The notes under the pieces are model-generated. The model was not told the DNA's origin. It did no database searches and was given only the letters and a program-made list of their open reading frames with translations. Both the position numbers and the translations under genes were made by a program. This document shows positions 1 to 13,865 of a DNA stretch of 64,000 nt, one piece after another. Source of the DNA: Paraspadella gotoi (Eukaryota; Animalia; Chaetognatha). The DNA is taken from positions 14,731,295 through 14,795,294 of the forward strand of contig CM119266.1 of assembly GCA_051294375.1 (NCBI GenBank), written 5' to 3'. How positions within the stretch are numbered: the first letter of the stretch is position 1; each line of letters starts with the position of its first letter.

Positions 1-747
1 AACGGAAGAAACAGAACATGTAAAGTTTTTATAAAAAGAAATCTACCGAGTCATTAACGGGATTGCGAGTCATCAAAAATCCATTTCGGATAAAAAGGAA
101 ATAATAAAATCAATTTTGCGAGAAAAAAAATTGGAAAGAAAGATTCTTTCTTTCTCCCCTTCTTTTTTTTCTCTCTCTCGGTCTCTCTCTGTCTCTCTTT
201 CTTTCTCCCCTTCCCCTCTCTCTCTTCCTCTCTCTCCCGCTCATGATCATTTTTTTTCTTTTCTTGTCTCTGGAAAATGAGTTTTCTGCCGTGGCTAATG
301 ACTGACGTAAGTTTTAATGCGATTTAAAATTTTCTTTTTTTTTTTAATATATAAATTATGGAAGGTATCTCAAAATCGTATTAAGATAACGATGGGTGAG
401 GGGCGAGAGTTTATTACGCGGAGGCGCGTAATTACGAGAAGATTGGTTTTCAGATATAAGGTGAGATAAAGGAAATCAAAGTAAGATTAGACCGAGAGAT
501 ATTGAGTTGAATTTCGGTTAACAAAGATAAACTATTGCAGGAATTTAAATATGTATAGTCAGCTCGTGGAGCAATGAACTGAAAGAATTTATAATCATGA
601 CTAAAAATTCCGATAAAACAAAACAAAATACAAATAAAATAAAAACAACAATTGAAATACTGGGTAACTGACATCGTGTCTCGGCGGTGTAAAATCCATA
701 TATATGACAAAGACAAAAAACAAACTAACAAAAGAGGTCGCCCTTAC

Positions 748-829
748 CTAAGTAATCGTACATCCCGCGCCCGGCGGTGCCTGGGTTTTGGTGCATGAGG
801 CCGGCGAGAGGGAGATGGCAGTCTAACAT
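748..829 (-). CDS. Possible first coding exon (MLDCHLPLAGLMHQNPGTAGRGMYDYL|G), product unknown
   Basis: ATG at 829-827 with an open frame to a consensus donor AG|GTAAGG (exon ends 748, phase 1). It is a GC-rich island downstream of a promoter-like region. No homology recognised. Confidence 0.3.
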
Positions 830-1229
830 TCGGTCGGTCGGTATGGGGACCAAAGCAGGGAAGACGGCAGCTGGATGGCAGAGAGATGGCGAAGATTTGT
901 CAAGATGGCAGAGATGATGGAAGTGGCGAACGCGGAAGATGTCAAAGCACAAGTCAGAAATGGCGATGGAGGTCTTAGACAATAATCCGATCCGTGAGAG
1001 AATATGTTTTCTTTTGTTTTTTTAGTTTATTTTCTTTTTTTTTATTTACGTTTCTTTCGTTGTTGTTGCGTCCACTTTACAGTTTAAATATTCTACAAGA
1101 AGAAGCCTAGTGTCTGTGAGGGGCGGCGACTCGAAAATTAACATTGTTGGTTTTTATTAGTAGGGTTTGTTGAAATGGAGCAGGGAGCCGGAGCTTCTTT
1201 TTAAAATTGCTATGATAAAAAATAAAGTG

Positions 1230-1500
1230 GCGTCGAAATGACAAAAGGGCAACGTCGATTTGACGCGCGACGTCACGCACGTAAAAGACGTCGCTGGTGG
1301 GACGCCAGGAAAAAAAAAACGTCGGAAGCGGTTGACGTCGTCGTCGTCCTCGGCGGCGGCGGCGGCGTCTTCGGGCGGGGAAGGAAGTCAGCTGATTTGA
1401 GAACGCGCCAGATCGCGTCGCGAGGGAAGGCGCGAGGCTGGCTTCCCCGACGACGTCACGGAGCGAGATCCTCAACGTCGACCAATCCGAGGGCGAGATT
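1230..1500. promoter_or_regulatory. CpG-island-like promoter candidate
   Basis: GC/CpG-rich, with two CRE-like CGACGTCACG (1268-1277, 1451-1460) and a CCAAT (1482-1486). Lies upstream of the putative minus-strand exon. Confidence 0.3.
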
Positions 1501-1527
1501 CGGGTTTTTTACGCCGAGGAAAGGAGA

Positions 1528-1627
<100 letters not shown>

Positions 1628-1940
1628 AAAGGAGAAAAAAAGGTGTGAGAGATTGTTTCGTGTTTGCGTATTTTTTTCACCGACGTCGATCTACTTTTTA
1701 TCGTCCTTTTTTTTTAAACGTGTCTCGCGAAAAGACGAGCGATGTAGAAGAAAAAGAGGGAGAGGGAGATATAGAGAGAGAGACACTCTCCGTATTTTTG
1801 TCGTCAAATATTCAACGATTCCACGATTTAGCGATTCGAGGATCGCTGGCGAGGAAAACTCGGAGCTCACGAACGGCGGTTGGCGTAGAGTGACGTGGCA
1901 AAGTGGCCGTAGCGGAATATCGTGGCGTAAAAAAAAAAAA

Positions 1941-2037
<97 letters not shown>

Positions 2038-2607
2038 AATAGTGCGAGTAGTTGTGTGGTTTTTTTTTCGGTGTAGAATTTGCGCCCAAATTCGGTTATA
2101 TTCGTTTCTTTGAGAAGACAAAAAGGGGAAAAAGTGAGATTAATATCGAAAAAATTAATAACAGGAGAAATAACACAGATATCGAAAAGAAAGAAAAAAA
2201 ATTCCAAATTTCCCCTTCGATCCCGCGACCTCCCAGAAATAAAAACGAAAGAAGTTCGTTTGACCGAAGGCTAAAAAGAAAAATTCGAATTTCGTCGTGA
2301 GAAAAAATCAAAATCAAAATCGAATTCGATCAAAAATTTATTTTCTTTTTATTCTTTTTTTTTTCATTTGAAATTTTGTTTTTTTGTGGGCGAGGACTTT
2401 TTTCGAGGAAGGGCGACGATGAAAAAAAAATATCTGTGAAAAATCCTCTGGTCGAATTTCGCGCGTGAAATTAAAGACGAAAAAANNNNNNNNNNGGAGA
2501 CGAGCTCTCTCTCTCTCTCTCTCTTTCTTTTTTCGTCCGGGGGAAGCCGTCCTACGATTAAAGCTGCTGCCGTTATCATGTCTCGGGACAGCAAGAGCTT
2601 TGAAACG

Positions 2608-2646
<39 letters not shown>

Positions 2647-2650
2647 AGAG

Positions 2651-2700
<50 letters not shown>

Positions 2701-3324
2701 GGAGTAAGTGAAAAAAAAACAACAACACTGTCTACGGATAAGCGAGCCGACGACGTTGTCGACGACGACGGGCGAGCCGCGACGAAAAACGACGACGAGA
2801 CGATGAGGACGACGAAGACGACGACGAAACCTCAACGCATCGACGAGAGGAGGAAGAGTGGATGGAGGAAGAGGAAAGAACACTCTTCTGTTTGAGCAGA
2901 GAGAGAGAGACGAGAGAGTCAGAGAGAGATAGAGAGAGAGCTTGAAATGGGCCCCCTTTTTTTTCAAGGAAATAAAATTGCGAGCAGAGCACAAACACTT
3001 CCAGGATTCTGGGAGGAGAATTTTTAACTTGAAGAGGAAATGTAAATAAGACGAGGGAAGTAATGTAAAGAGGAATCAAGTCTTCTTTGGATGTTTGTAT
3101 GGCGTATATATCGTTTATATAAAATTGCACGCTTACGTTTTGAAGGAGAAGACGATGAATCAAAAAACCAAAGTGGATGACGAAATTTTTTTGAAGTCAT
3201 CCTTACGACGGGAAATATAACATCGAGTTAACGAAAAGAAAAAGTCAGACAAAGTAAAACTAATAAGAATGGAAAAAAAAGGATAAGAAAAGAATACAAA
3301 AAGAAAATGAGCCCAGATGGCGAA

Positions 3325-3386
<62 letters not shown>

Positions 3387-4754
3387 CTCTTATTTAGAAA
3401 CTCTTTAAAATTAGTTGTGTTCAATATCCTTGAATTCGTATTCTCAAAAAATGCAGTCTTCTCTTTTCTTCTCCATCTTCTTCTCTCGTCTTTCGCGCCC
3501 AAAAAGGAGAAAAAAAAGTATGAAACTAAGAGAGGGAGGATCGGGGCTTCAGTTTTCTTTATTATATTGAAATCCGATAAAAGAGATTTTTGTGTGTAAA
3601 TGGATATCGACGCGGATAGGGAGGTGGGGTGTGTGGGGTGAGTGGGGTGTGTGGGGGTGTAAAGAAGGGAACCAAGTTCTGCGAATGATAGGTTTTAGTA
3701 GGGGTGTCTGTCTATACATTATATATATTGTATAATAAGAATTACTTCGATATGAAAATTTTAATTGCAGTTGTCATGTTACATGGTGATTTTATGATTT
3801 TTTAATGCGTGAAACCGTAATTTCGAGAACCCTATTTGGATTCAGCCCTTTCATATTATATGAAACCACCTATTTACTAATTTTCGGATTAGTTAGTCAG
3901 TCATTAGTCAATCCGATAGTCAGGCAATCAGGCAGTCACTCAGTCAATCCAAAAAAAAAACGAAAAAAGAAAGTTTGCATCACGCTTTCTCGCGAAATTC
4001 ACCGAGTCAAAGAAAATAGTTTTAAAGGTGAAGAGACAAATCGATGGCCAAAAAAAAAGGCTTCGATTTGAGATTCGATTTTGTGTCACCCAAGACAAAA
4101 AAAAAGGAAAAAAAGGAGCCAAAGGAAAAAGAAAATAAGTCAGAATGGAAAAATGGAAAACATTCGCGGAGACGCGAAAGAATGCGAGGAAAAGAAGGAA
4201 AAGTGGTCTTATTTGTTTAGGGAGAAATGTCTCTCTCTTTACTTAGTTCGGTTTTTTATTTGAATATTGATTCGATAATTTCATTCAGAATTTATTATCC
4301 TTTTTCAAAAAAACTTTTAATGGCATTCTAAATTAAACTTTAAAAAAAAATTGCTTCAACTACATTTTTTTTATTGGTTTTCGTGAGTTACTTTCTTGTT
4401 TTTTTTCCCTTATTATTTGACTTTAATAGTCTGTTTTTTTTTTGGCTTTATTTGTCTTAATTTGTTCTTCTTATATTTTCTATGTAACCTCTTTTATTTT
4501 AATTTTATATTTCGGCTTTATTTTTCTTTCTCCTATTTTCCCTCTTTCTTTTTCCCCCTTTCTCTCAACTTCCTTCATCCCTCTGTTTTTCATTTTCTCC
4601 CCACTTTGTTTTTTCTTTCTGGGGACGAGATGAAAGAATAACAAAAGGAGGCAGAAAAATAAACTCAGGCCTCGAGTTTTTATGTTATTAATGTTTAACT
4701 GCTTCTTGTTGACATTTTTGCGAGTAGCAGCTGATGACGAAGGAAGAAAAAAGG

Positions 4755-4767
4755 ACGAAGACGACGA

Positions 4768-4799
<32 letters not shown>

Positions 4800-4800
4800 A
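4755..4800. repeat. (GAC)n microsatellite
   Basis: GACGAC run. Related GAC/GTC runs at ~11450-11570, ~16190-16222 and elsewhere. Confidence 0.95.
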
Positions 4801-5055
4801 TCCTTGCCTCGAACGACAAAGCTCTTATGAATTATTGCGTCTTAATTTCGAGAATCGAAGGAGTTTTTGTTTGCGTCTAAATGTTTTTAGGTGGATTGAA
4901 TCGTGTCGACTCGAAAAGCTGACGACGATGACGACGATAACGATAACGACGACAGAAATGAAGATAATTGACGAAATTAAACTGGCATACACTGCAATTT
5001 ATTCTTTTTTTTTTGTTCCGAATGTAATTTCGAAATGAAAGGCTCTCTTCTCTCT

Positions 5056-5120
<65 letters not shown>

Positions 5121-5950
5121 CGAGAGAGCGTTTTTGTTAATTTCAAACGACCCTCAAAGGTTCAATCATCGACGCTTAAGAATAGAAAGAAACTGGTTTC
5201 AATTAAAAAAGTTATTTGTTTAAGATATTTTTAGTTAATTACGACTTTAATTAAGAAGTAAGAATGCTATTGATTAGCTCTTACTTGTCTAATAAAAATT
5301 GGGACAGAAACTGGAGCTGACTTTTTCGGGTTTTGATTTTCTCTGAGTTGTGGCTTACTAAATTTTCATTATGTCGCTTTTGCCAACACCATCTTACGGC
5401 CCAAACCGAATGCGTAATTTCGAACAAAATCTCGCATCTCAATTTTGTGCCCCAAAATTTTCCCCTTCGTTTTTTTTCCCCATCAATTTTATCGACCTGA
5501 AAGAAAAAAAAATCTTCGTTTCAATTCCCTCGCATCCGGTAATTCGGATATTGTTATCTCTTCCTATTCCTCCCCTTAAAAAAAAAAGATAGAAATTTGG
5601 TTTTTGGAGAGAGAAAAAAAAAGGAAGAAATGTCAAAATTTGAGGATTTAGAATCCACCTGAGGCGAATCCGAGCAGAAATTTGCGTGTTTACAATTCGC
5701 CCGACGACGACGACGAAAACGAGGACGANNNNNNNNNNGACGACGACGATGATTACGACTGAAACCGCGGATCAAAGACAGTAAAAATTCATCATCCGTT
5801 CGAATGAAATACGGCCGTGTATACGACAATGACGACGACGAACGACGACGGAGACGAATGATAACGACGGCGCAGATGAAGACGATGACGTCAAAAACGG
5901 GGCGAAGGACGAACGCTCAAGCTTCGGCGTTATCACCGACGATAGACGTT

Positions 5951-5980
5951 ACAGATATCGCTACAGATATCGCTACAGAT
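5951..5980. repeat. 12-bp tandem repeat (ACAGATATCGCT) x2.5
   Basis: acagatatcgct acagatatcgct acagat, read directly. Confidence 0.85.
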
Positions 5981-8444
5981 GATGCCTCAACATTTTTTTT
6001 TATAAATTGCTGCTATTAAAGTTTCGATGTTTATCTGGGTTTAAATCGCCCGCCCACGGAGCTTAAACAGTCGGACAGTTCGACGGAGTCAGGGACAAAA
6101 ATATAATGAAATATGTATTATAATTCAATTTGAATAAAGCAGAAACGACAATAACGGAAGAATTATAGGATTTAGTCGATGATTCGATGAACGAAATCCG
6201 ATCGTTGCTTCGAGAAATGGATGAACTCAATAATTGACCGTGACACAAATTAACTGACGTACGGATGAAGTGCCCATCGACGGGGAAAAACGGACATTCC
6301 GACATATGGACGAGGAACGGTTGAAAAAGAACACTGAAACATTTCATTAGCGAAAATCTTTAACGTTGGATAAAAATACGTTGTCAGACGGAACCCATAT
6401 ACGGTATTAATATTTTAGAACAGTATAGTATAATAATGTATAAATATTAAACGTATCCATGATCTGAAGTTTCCAGACTCAAAAAAAAGTAATGTCGAAG
6501 AGATTATTGATGTCCTCGTCGAACTGTTTGATCGATGAGCGATTGCGGTTCCTCCGTCAGAGATGGACGAAGATCACGAAGAAGAAAGGGAGGTGGAGAG
6601 GAAGATAAAGAGAGAGGGGATGAAAGATAGAATGGGTATTAGAGAGAGAGAGAGGGGACCTCGTTTCAACCACGTGCGCGACTGGTCACAGTGGTCAGGG
6701 GGTAATTGGTAAACGAATGACTCTTTAACGGAGACGAAGGGGGGGAGGTGAATGACTTTGGGAGGAGGGGAGGGGGAAATGAGGTGGAAGAGTGAGTAGG
6801 GGTGGGGTTTAGGGAGGGTGGTGGAATAGGAGAAGATTGAGTCGACTCACTCGATGGTCAACAAGACGACGATTTAAGTCGGCAACCTGGCGGGAATGCG
6901 ATTCCAGAAAAGGAGTAGGACCTTCCCTTTTTTTCCCTCTTTTCTCTGTCGCCTTCCATTTTTTTTCCTTCGATTCCCCACCCCTTTCTCTCTTCACCAT
7001 CGCGCATCCATTCCATTCGGCTTTCACCCACGCCCCATCGCTCCCACCCCCCCTCGACCCACGCTCTCCAAAGCATCCGAGTTGAGCGGAAAATCTTCGC
7101 GGTTCTCATCCATATGTAAATTCAATTACTGACGAACTTGTCATCGTCGTCGTCGTCGTCGTTGTCCCGCGCTTTCGTTGTCATAGGCCAGGGTAAATCG
7201 GGGGACAAATGAGCAAATAAAAATAAATAAAGTATAATAAAATATCCAGAAAAACGGAGGAAACTGCAAACAACTGTAAACACTGGACTGACTAAAATAA
7301 ACGAAACAGCCAGAAAGACGACGCTGAAAGAAACTTCAATTATAATAATGACGATAATAAAGAGCTAAAATAACTTTTGATTGTAGTAAATAAAACAATA
7401 CCATGTCTAGTGACGTTGTTTTTTTCCCAATCGATCAAATTTTAAAAATCAGTCCAACGGCAACAACGACGACGACGAAATCAACAAATCGGTGAACTTA
7501 ATCTATGAGGTTGTTGTATATTCTATACCCGGAGGAGCGGGACGAGGATGAGGAGGATGAGGAGGATGAGGAGGATGCGCGGGCGGAATAAGAGAACGTG
7601 TAAATGGGTGAGGGGGCGAAATGGGTGAGGGGTGTTGGATGTGAAGCGTGACGGTGGTGTAACGCAACCGGGTCAAGATGAATCTCTCAATTGTTGCGAG
7701 TCAACGATGAAGAATTTCTCTTTTTTCAATCGAGAATTTCGAGGTGAATTTATTCCGCGCCAGACCAAGAACCGAATAAGGACAAGACCTGATCCAGGCC
7801 ATCGGGATGCCTGAGCGAGACTTTGACCAAGGTCACACGATGACCAGGCAATGACTTTGGGCCGCCTACTCGAACCTTAACTCGTCCCATGAGTAAATTA
7901 TGGTAATGGTCCAAAAAAAAAAAAATAGATGAGAATGAAGGTAAAAGGCGTCGCCTACGCAGAAAAAAAAAAAAACGAATTATAAGTTTTCCGCGGTTTA
8001 AAAGACTTGTTTAACATCAGAATCGAGTTTAAGCTTTGCGAAAAACTTTAGGGACATGTTTTCCGCAGATCCGTCAAGTAACTGCCGCGCATCTGCCGCA
8101 TATCCGCAGCATATCCGCCGCACACCCGAAACGCATCCTGAGAGTGGCTTCTGTCTCTAAATTTTCGGAATTACCCGAGCCTCGAAATTTCCGCGCCTTT
8201 AAAAAAGTTTATTTCGATCAACTTTCCCTCAAAAATGAAAAAAACTATCGATATATGATATTCGGACGAAAGCAGAAACGCCCTCGACGGCGACGACGGC
8301 GACGACGACGACAACGACGAAGCGGAGAAAATCCGACGACGATGACGACGACGAAATATAAGACCAAGAGGCACAAAGAGATCCCATAAAATCCTATTTT
8401 CATGTTAATGGAATTTCGGAATGAAATATTTGATGTGGAGTGAA

Positions 8445-8446
<2 letters not shown>

Positions 8447-8527
<81 letters not shown>
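8447..8527. repeat. (GA)n microsatellite
   Basis: Pure GA run. Confidence 0.98.
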
Positions 8528-8531
<4 letters not shown>

Positions 8532-9106
8532 AAAAGGAGAGATTTTTAGGGAAGGACAAACTTTTTCATTTTCCTGAATCACGAGTTTATGATAATGAAC
8601 TTAATTTAAACTGAACTCGAAACGAAGTTTTTTTTCTAAATCTCAAAGTGAAATTAAAAAAAATGAAATTTTTTTTTTCAGATGCCAAAGAAAAAAAATT
8701 GACTAAATATATTAAAATATTTGGCAAAAAAAAAATAAAGACGCGAAGTTCGAATTTCCCCACGCCCATCGTTTGCGCTTCTTCAAGATATGCGAACAAG
8801 TTATGCGAACAAGTTTCCAAATGCAGGCGGAGAGAAACGGAGATGAATAAAACATCAGCTTCGGATAATTAAAATAAAAAAAAAAAGTCGCCCAGGAGCG
8901 AATCTTTCGCCTCCGAGAGCGCGAGAAAGGATGGGAAAACCAATGTATATTAACGTTGTATGGAGCCTGTCTAAGTAGGACCACTACTAAACGTTTATAA
9001 AACTCTTATAACTAATTATAGTTTATCTTTTTTTATCTTGTTAGATCTTTGTTCTCACGGAGAAAGGACCCGACGGACGATTGAATCGCAAAATGTAAAA
9101 TGCGAT

Positions 9107-9228
<122 letters not shown>

Positions 9229-12200
9229 TTCGCTTTCGTTCGTATTCAGTCGAACTCAGACGTCGTTCCTTTGTTCCAGTCAATTCCATGACCTACTTCG
9301 CTCATATAAAGCATTGATCCCCTTTGACCTCACGGCGCATGCACTCGCTATTGTTAAGATCTAAATACTACTTTATTCTAGATTACGAAAAATTTAAAAC
9401 TAAAATGTGAAAAAGGAATGATAAAATTATAAAATTCATACATTCGGGAATAAAGCCTAACTTGATTTATTTTTCTGTTTAGAATTAAAATTAAATTACG
9501 AGCTAAAATTTTTTTTCTCGTTATTCAGGAATTGCAAAAATACAAAAAAAATTAAAACTATCAAAAATCTCTATCTTCATTTAATTACATTCAATACTCG
9601 GCTTTTTAACTTGACTTTCTCCCCTCTTCTCAGATCTCACAACTCTTTCTCTCCTCCCTCACATCCACCCCACCCCACCCCGCCCTCCACCTCCTTACCC
9701 TTTGCCCCCTTCTAAGGCGGCAGCGGAGAGTGGCTGTAAAAATACGAGTTGGGTATGAGCTGAGCCAGTTTACGGCTTGGCAGAGGAACGACGTGGTCGA
9801 CGCCGGCCAGTTGTCGTTGTTGTTATTGTTCACGTTGTCCTCGCTGTCGTCGTTGTTGTTATGGTCGTTTTCGCTATTGCGTTTTTTTTTCGCGTTGTCT
9901 CAGTTGATGCCAGCGTATAGCGGTCGTTCCCATACTATATACAATGTATAACATTGTAGACGGCCGAGTGCTATTTAAAGTTTTACAAATCCGTATTACA
10001 CATGTTAAAAATATCATCATTGACGAAACTCCGGAAGTGTTTGTTCAATAAACAATCGCAGATTCGATTCCATATAAATTTTCTTTAAAAAATAAAAAAA
10101 ATGTATGAATATAAAAAAATAAAAAATATATGAATATAGAAAATAAGTAAAAAATTGTACAAACCTATAAAAAAGTAATAAAAATTAACGCGATAAAAAT
10201 TAAAACTAATAAACAAGCAAAACGACCTTTAAAAATGTAAAGATAAAAAAAAACCAAGCAAAGAAACAAGCAAAAAGAACAAGCGCTCTTGCATGGCGAA
10301 GACTTTTTATTCACAAGTTCAGCACTTTTTTTTTCTCGTCGCTTAATGGAAGCTTTTTCGTTGGTGGCGAAAGAAAATCGCGATAAGGACGACGGGGACT
10401 ACAGAAGGCCGAGACAAAGGGACTCAGAGTTGGAGATGGCTGGTCTAGACAGACTCTAGACCAGTTATGAGCTGGCCTTGGCTATCACTCTAGTAGTTAT
10501 TAACTGATCATAGCTGGAGAAGCTTCACCCAGTGAAACAGCTAAATATATTTGCTTAGGCTGGCAAAAAAAAAAAGCTTAAAACTTAATGTCTTTCTGTC
10601 TTTCTTCGTAACTTTCTGTCTTTGTTATCTTCCTTGTTTCTTTTTCGCTCTCTCCCTTTTATTCACCCTCTCTCCCTCTCTCGCTCTCTCCCTAAATAAG
10701 AGAGGCAATTTCTAAAAGTGCAGAAACTCATAAAAAATCTGTTTTTAGTTCCTTTAACATTTTTTTTCTTTCTGGAGTGTAGCTTCAACGGAATTTTAGT
10801 ACAAAAAGTGTTATGGCGAAAAAAAGCCTTTAGATTTAGAAATTTGATGTGATTAAGAATAGTGGGTTTTTTTTATAGGGAGGCGGGTGCTTAGCAGCGG
10901 TAGAGTTTCAGGACAAAGAAATTGTAAATAATCTCATGTTATTTAAAAAAAATCATTTACAAAGTCCCCAAATTAATTATTTTGAATCAATGAAAGAATA
11001 AATAAACGAATGAACGAAACGAAAGTGGAACCCTGGACGTGACTCGAATTAACGCATCGTCGGCGACGACGATGACGACGACGACAATGACGACGACATC
11101 GAGGACGACGATGGCGACTTAAAAAAAAACCTTGTTGGTGTTTTTCCTCAAGGATACGTTTAATGGTTTCAACATCGGCGCAAAATTTAACGATAAACAT
11201 CATTTGAAGCCAGCGCCGCCGCCACGCCCCTTCACTATTTTCTTGGCGTTGGCGACTGTGGCGGCGGCGGCGGCGGCGTTTCAGCTTAGCTGCCGCTGGA
11301 ATCAACTTTTTTCTTTTTGTTTCACGAGCTGAGAGGAAAAAAATCCGAGTATAATTAACTTTACGGCTTATTAAACTTGTACGTCTTATTAAACTTTAAC
11401 GGGGAATCAGTCGTCGCCAAATCTAATAAACTGACAGATCGTCGACGCTGACGTCGTCGTTAAATCGTCGTCGTCGTCGTCGTCGCCATTGTCATCAAGT
11501 CGGTCGTCGTCGTTGTCGTCGTCGTTATCGTCGTCTCCGACTTCGTAATCGTTGTCGTCGTCGTCAACATCATTTCCATGGTGAATCCATTCCGGGAATA
11601 CCCTTAACTCTTTTTTTTCAAAGACAGGAAAACCATATACGTGTTGACGACAACGTCGACGACGACGACGACTACGACGTGTTTTGTTGGAGCACAACAC
11701 AACACATCTAACAGGGACGGAGAAAAAAAAGAAGGAAATTATTTCTCTCGGCTGCAAATCGCCCTTCGGTGAAAGTTAACGCGAAAGTCTTGCCTAATGA
11801 AGTTTTCGTCGAGCGTAGTATTTGAATGTTGTATATATTAAGAATTTATATAACTTTGACGAACGTTCATAATTGACACACATCATCAACACGTCCCAGC
11901 GCAGCATTTGAATATCACTGAGCGGCATATCAATTGCACGACAGTAAGACAGGGCATTTTATTCCCTTAGAGCATTTCATTGACAGCATTTTATTCACTG
12001 CTCGCCTTTAAAGTCCTGGCAGGGCGCTTCGCCGCGCCGCGCAGATTCTGCTGGCTTCGTGCTCTAGCGCTTAGCGCAGCACTTGTTTCTTTTTTCTTCC
12101 CCAGACGCAGCCAGTTCTCAACGCTACGCTCTCACGGCGCACGGCAACGCAGAACAGAAACCATTTTTCCGGATTGACTGGAATGATTTTTGACTCAATA

Positions 12201-12229
12201 GAGTTTTGCACTATCAGCCAAAGATGGAG

Positions 12230-12231
<2 letters not shown>

Positions 12232-12297
<66 letters not shown>

Positions 12298-12535
12298 AGA
12301 GAGACGAGAGAGAAAGAGAGAGAGAGAGAAAAGAGAGAAGACGAGAGAGAGAGAAGAGAGAGAGAGAGAGGAGAGCGAGAGAGAGAGAAGTACAGAGAGA
12401 CGTGAGAGAGACGAGAAACCAGACGAGAGAAGAGCAGAGACGAGATGACGAGATGCGATGGAGAGAGACGAGAAAGAGACGCGCACGCAGAGAGAGAGAA
12501 GAGAGAGATGAGAAGAGAGAGACGAGGAGAGAGAG
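12232..12535. repeat. (GA)n microsatellite, pure then degenerate
   Basis: Pure GA run followed by an error-like degenerate GA tract. Confidence 0.92.
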
Positions 12536-13739
12536 GTAGCAAGCTGAGAGACGAAGGCGGCGAATAATGATCCCGCGATGTTGCTGATGTAAAAGGAAGA
12601 TGGATTGTTTAGTTTCGTCGTTCTGTCTTTGTTTACTTACTTCGCGTTTTTTTTTCTCTGTGTCGTTCGTTCAATCCGTTTGTTTACCCCTAAAAACAAA
12701 CGGCACAAACAGAAAAAAAAGGAGTATTTCGAGCCAGTTAAAAAATAAAAATACTTTGGACGGTCTCGCAGTATTTAGACCGACATCCAAGCGATTGACG
12801 AGCGATTCGCAACTGTATGCGACGGAGAGCTTCCCACGACTCACTGTATCCGTCCATAAAGATATGGTGAACATTCGCGAAAACCGTTCACGTTTCTCGG
12901 CGGTTTTCACGGTTTTTCGCTCCGTTCACCTCCTCCCGATTTCGCGAACCCGCAATAAAACTGGAATCATAAAAACCCCGGATGCCGCGTTTGTTCCTTT
13001 GTTCGCCGATTTTCCGGTGAGTTTTAACGACGTCCCGCGGCCGAGAGGGGAATCAAAACAAACGGAGAAAAAGAGGGAAAAGGGAAAAAGAAAGAAAGAA
13101 AGTAAGAAAGAAAAAAAAGAACAACCAGGAGCCGTCGTTAACGAATGTCATAAAGGAACCGTAAAAGACGGAATGCCCGGCTCGCTTTACAAAAAAAAAA
13201 AAAGAAGAAAATGAAAAGGAAATATTGAGGCAAGGAGAAAACTCTGAAGAGTCGTTTTGAAAACAGTTTTGCTTCAATATGACAATTAAGGTTATAAATC
13301 GGACCGAAAGGCAGAATTATATAGCGAATTAAGTTTTAAACATTATTTTAAACTAGTCATTTCTCGATTTGAGTTTTAATCCACCGCGCGGCCTATCGAA
13401 TCGCCAGACGGGCTTTTGTACGCCGACTGAATATGGTCACATGACCCTCTCTCTTTGCTCCCTTCGTTCGACGACTTTGTTCCCCTGAGGATAAGGTTTG
13501 CATTTTCACATTTTTTTATATTCTTGACCTTAGGCGCAGCCTTATAAAATTATGTCTTTGTTTTAGGCGAATTCCTCACAACTGAAAAGAAACTGAATTC
13601 AGAAGTATGAAAAACATGGTCTTTTCATACAATTGAAACATTCTTTGAAATATTATACCACTTCATTGATAGGGAAGCCAGGTACTCTGGGAGTGAATAA
13701 ACGAGACTGTGAGAGAGTCTTGATTGAAAGCTTGCAGGG

Positions 13740-13865
13740 ACCTGCTATGTCATTATCTTGTAAGAGTGATGGAGGCCTTAAACCACCAAAGCCTGTCCAA
13801 AGTCATGGGCAAGATAGCTTATTTATTAAATGAATGGATAATTTTTATATTGGTTGTACCAATTT
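13740..13865 (+). repeat. Dispersed CpG-poor repeat fragment
   Basis: ACCTGCTA(T/A)GTCATTATCTTGTAAGAGTGATG recurs at 49749-49780. AATGAATGGATAATTTT(T)ATATTGGTTGTACCAATTT recurs at 48348-48383. Confidence 0.75.

Noticed and set aside
6455-6560. Short protein-like frames (NVEEIIDVLVELFDR on +, SSIKQFDEDINNLFDI on -)
   Set aside because: Too short, ambiguous in strand, and lacking a convincing pair of splice sites.
13237-13272. CTGAAGA...GAAAAC hammerhead-like string
   Set aside because: No paired stem II and no stem III or NUH triplet.
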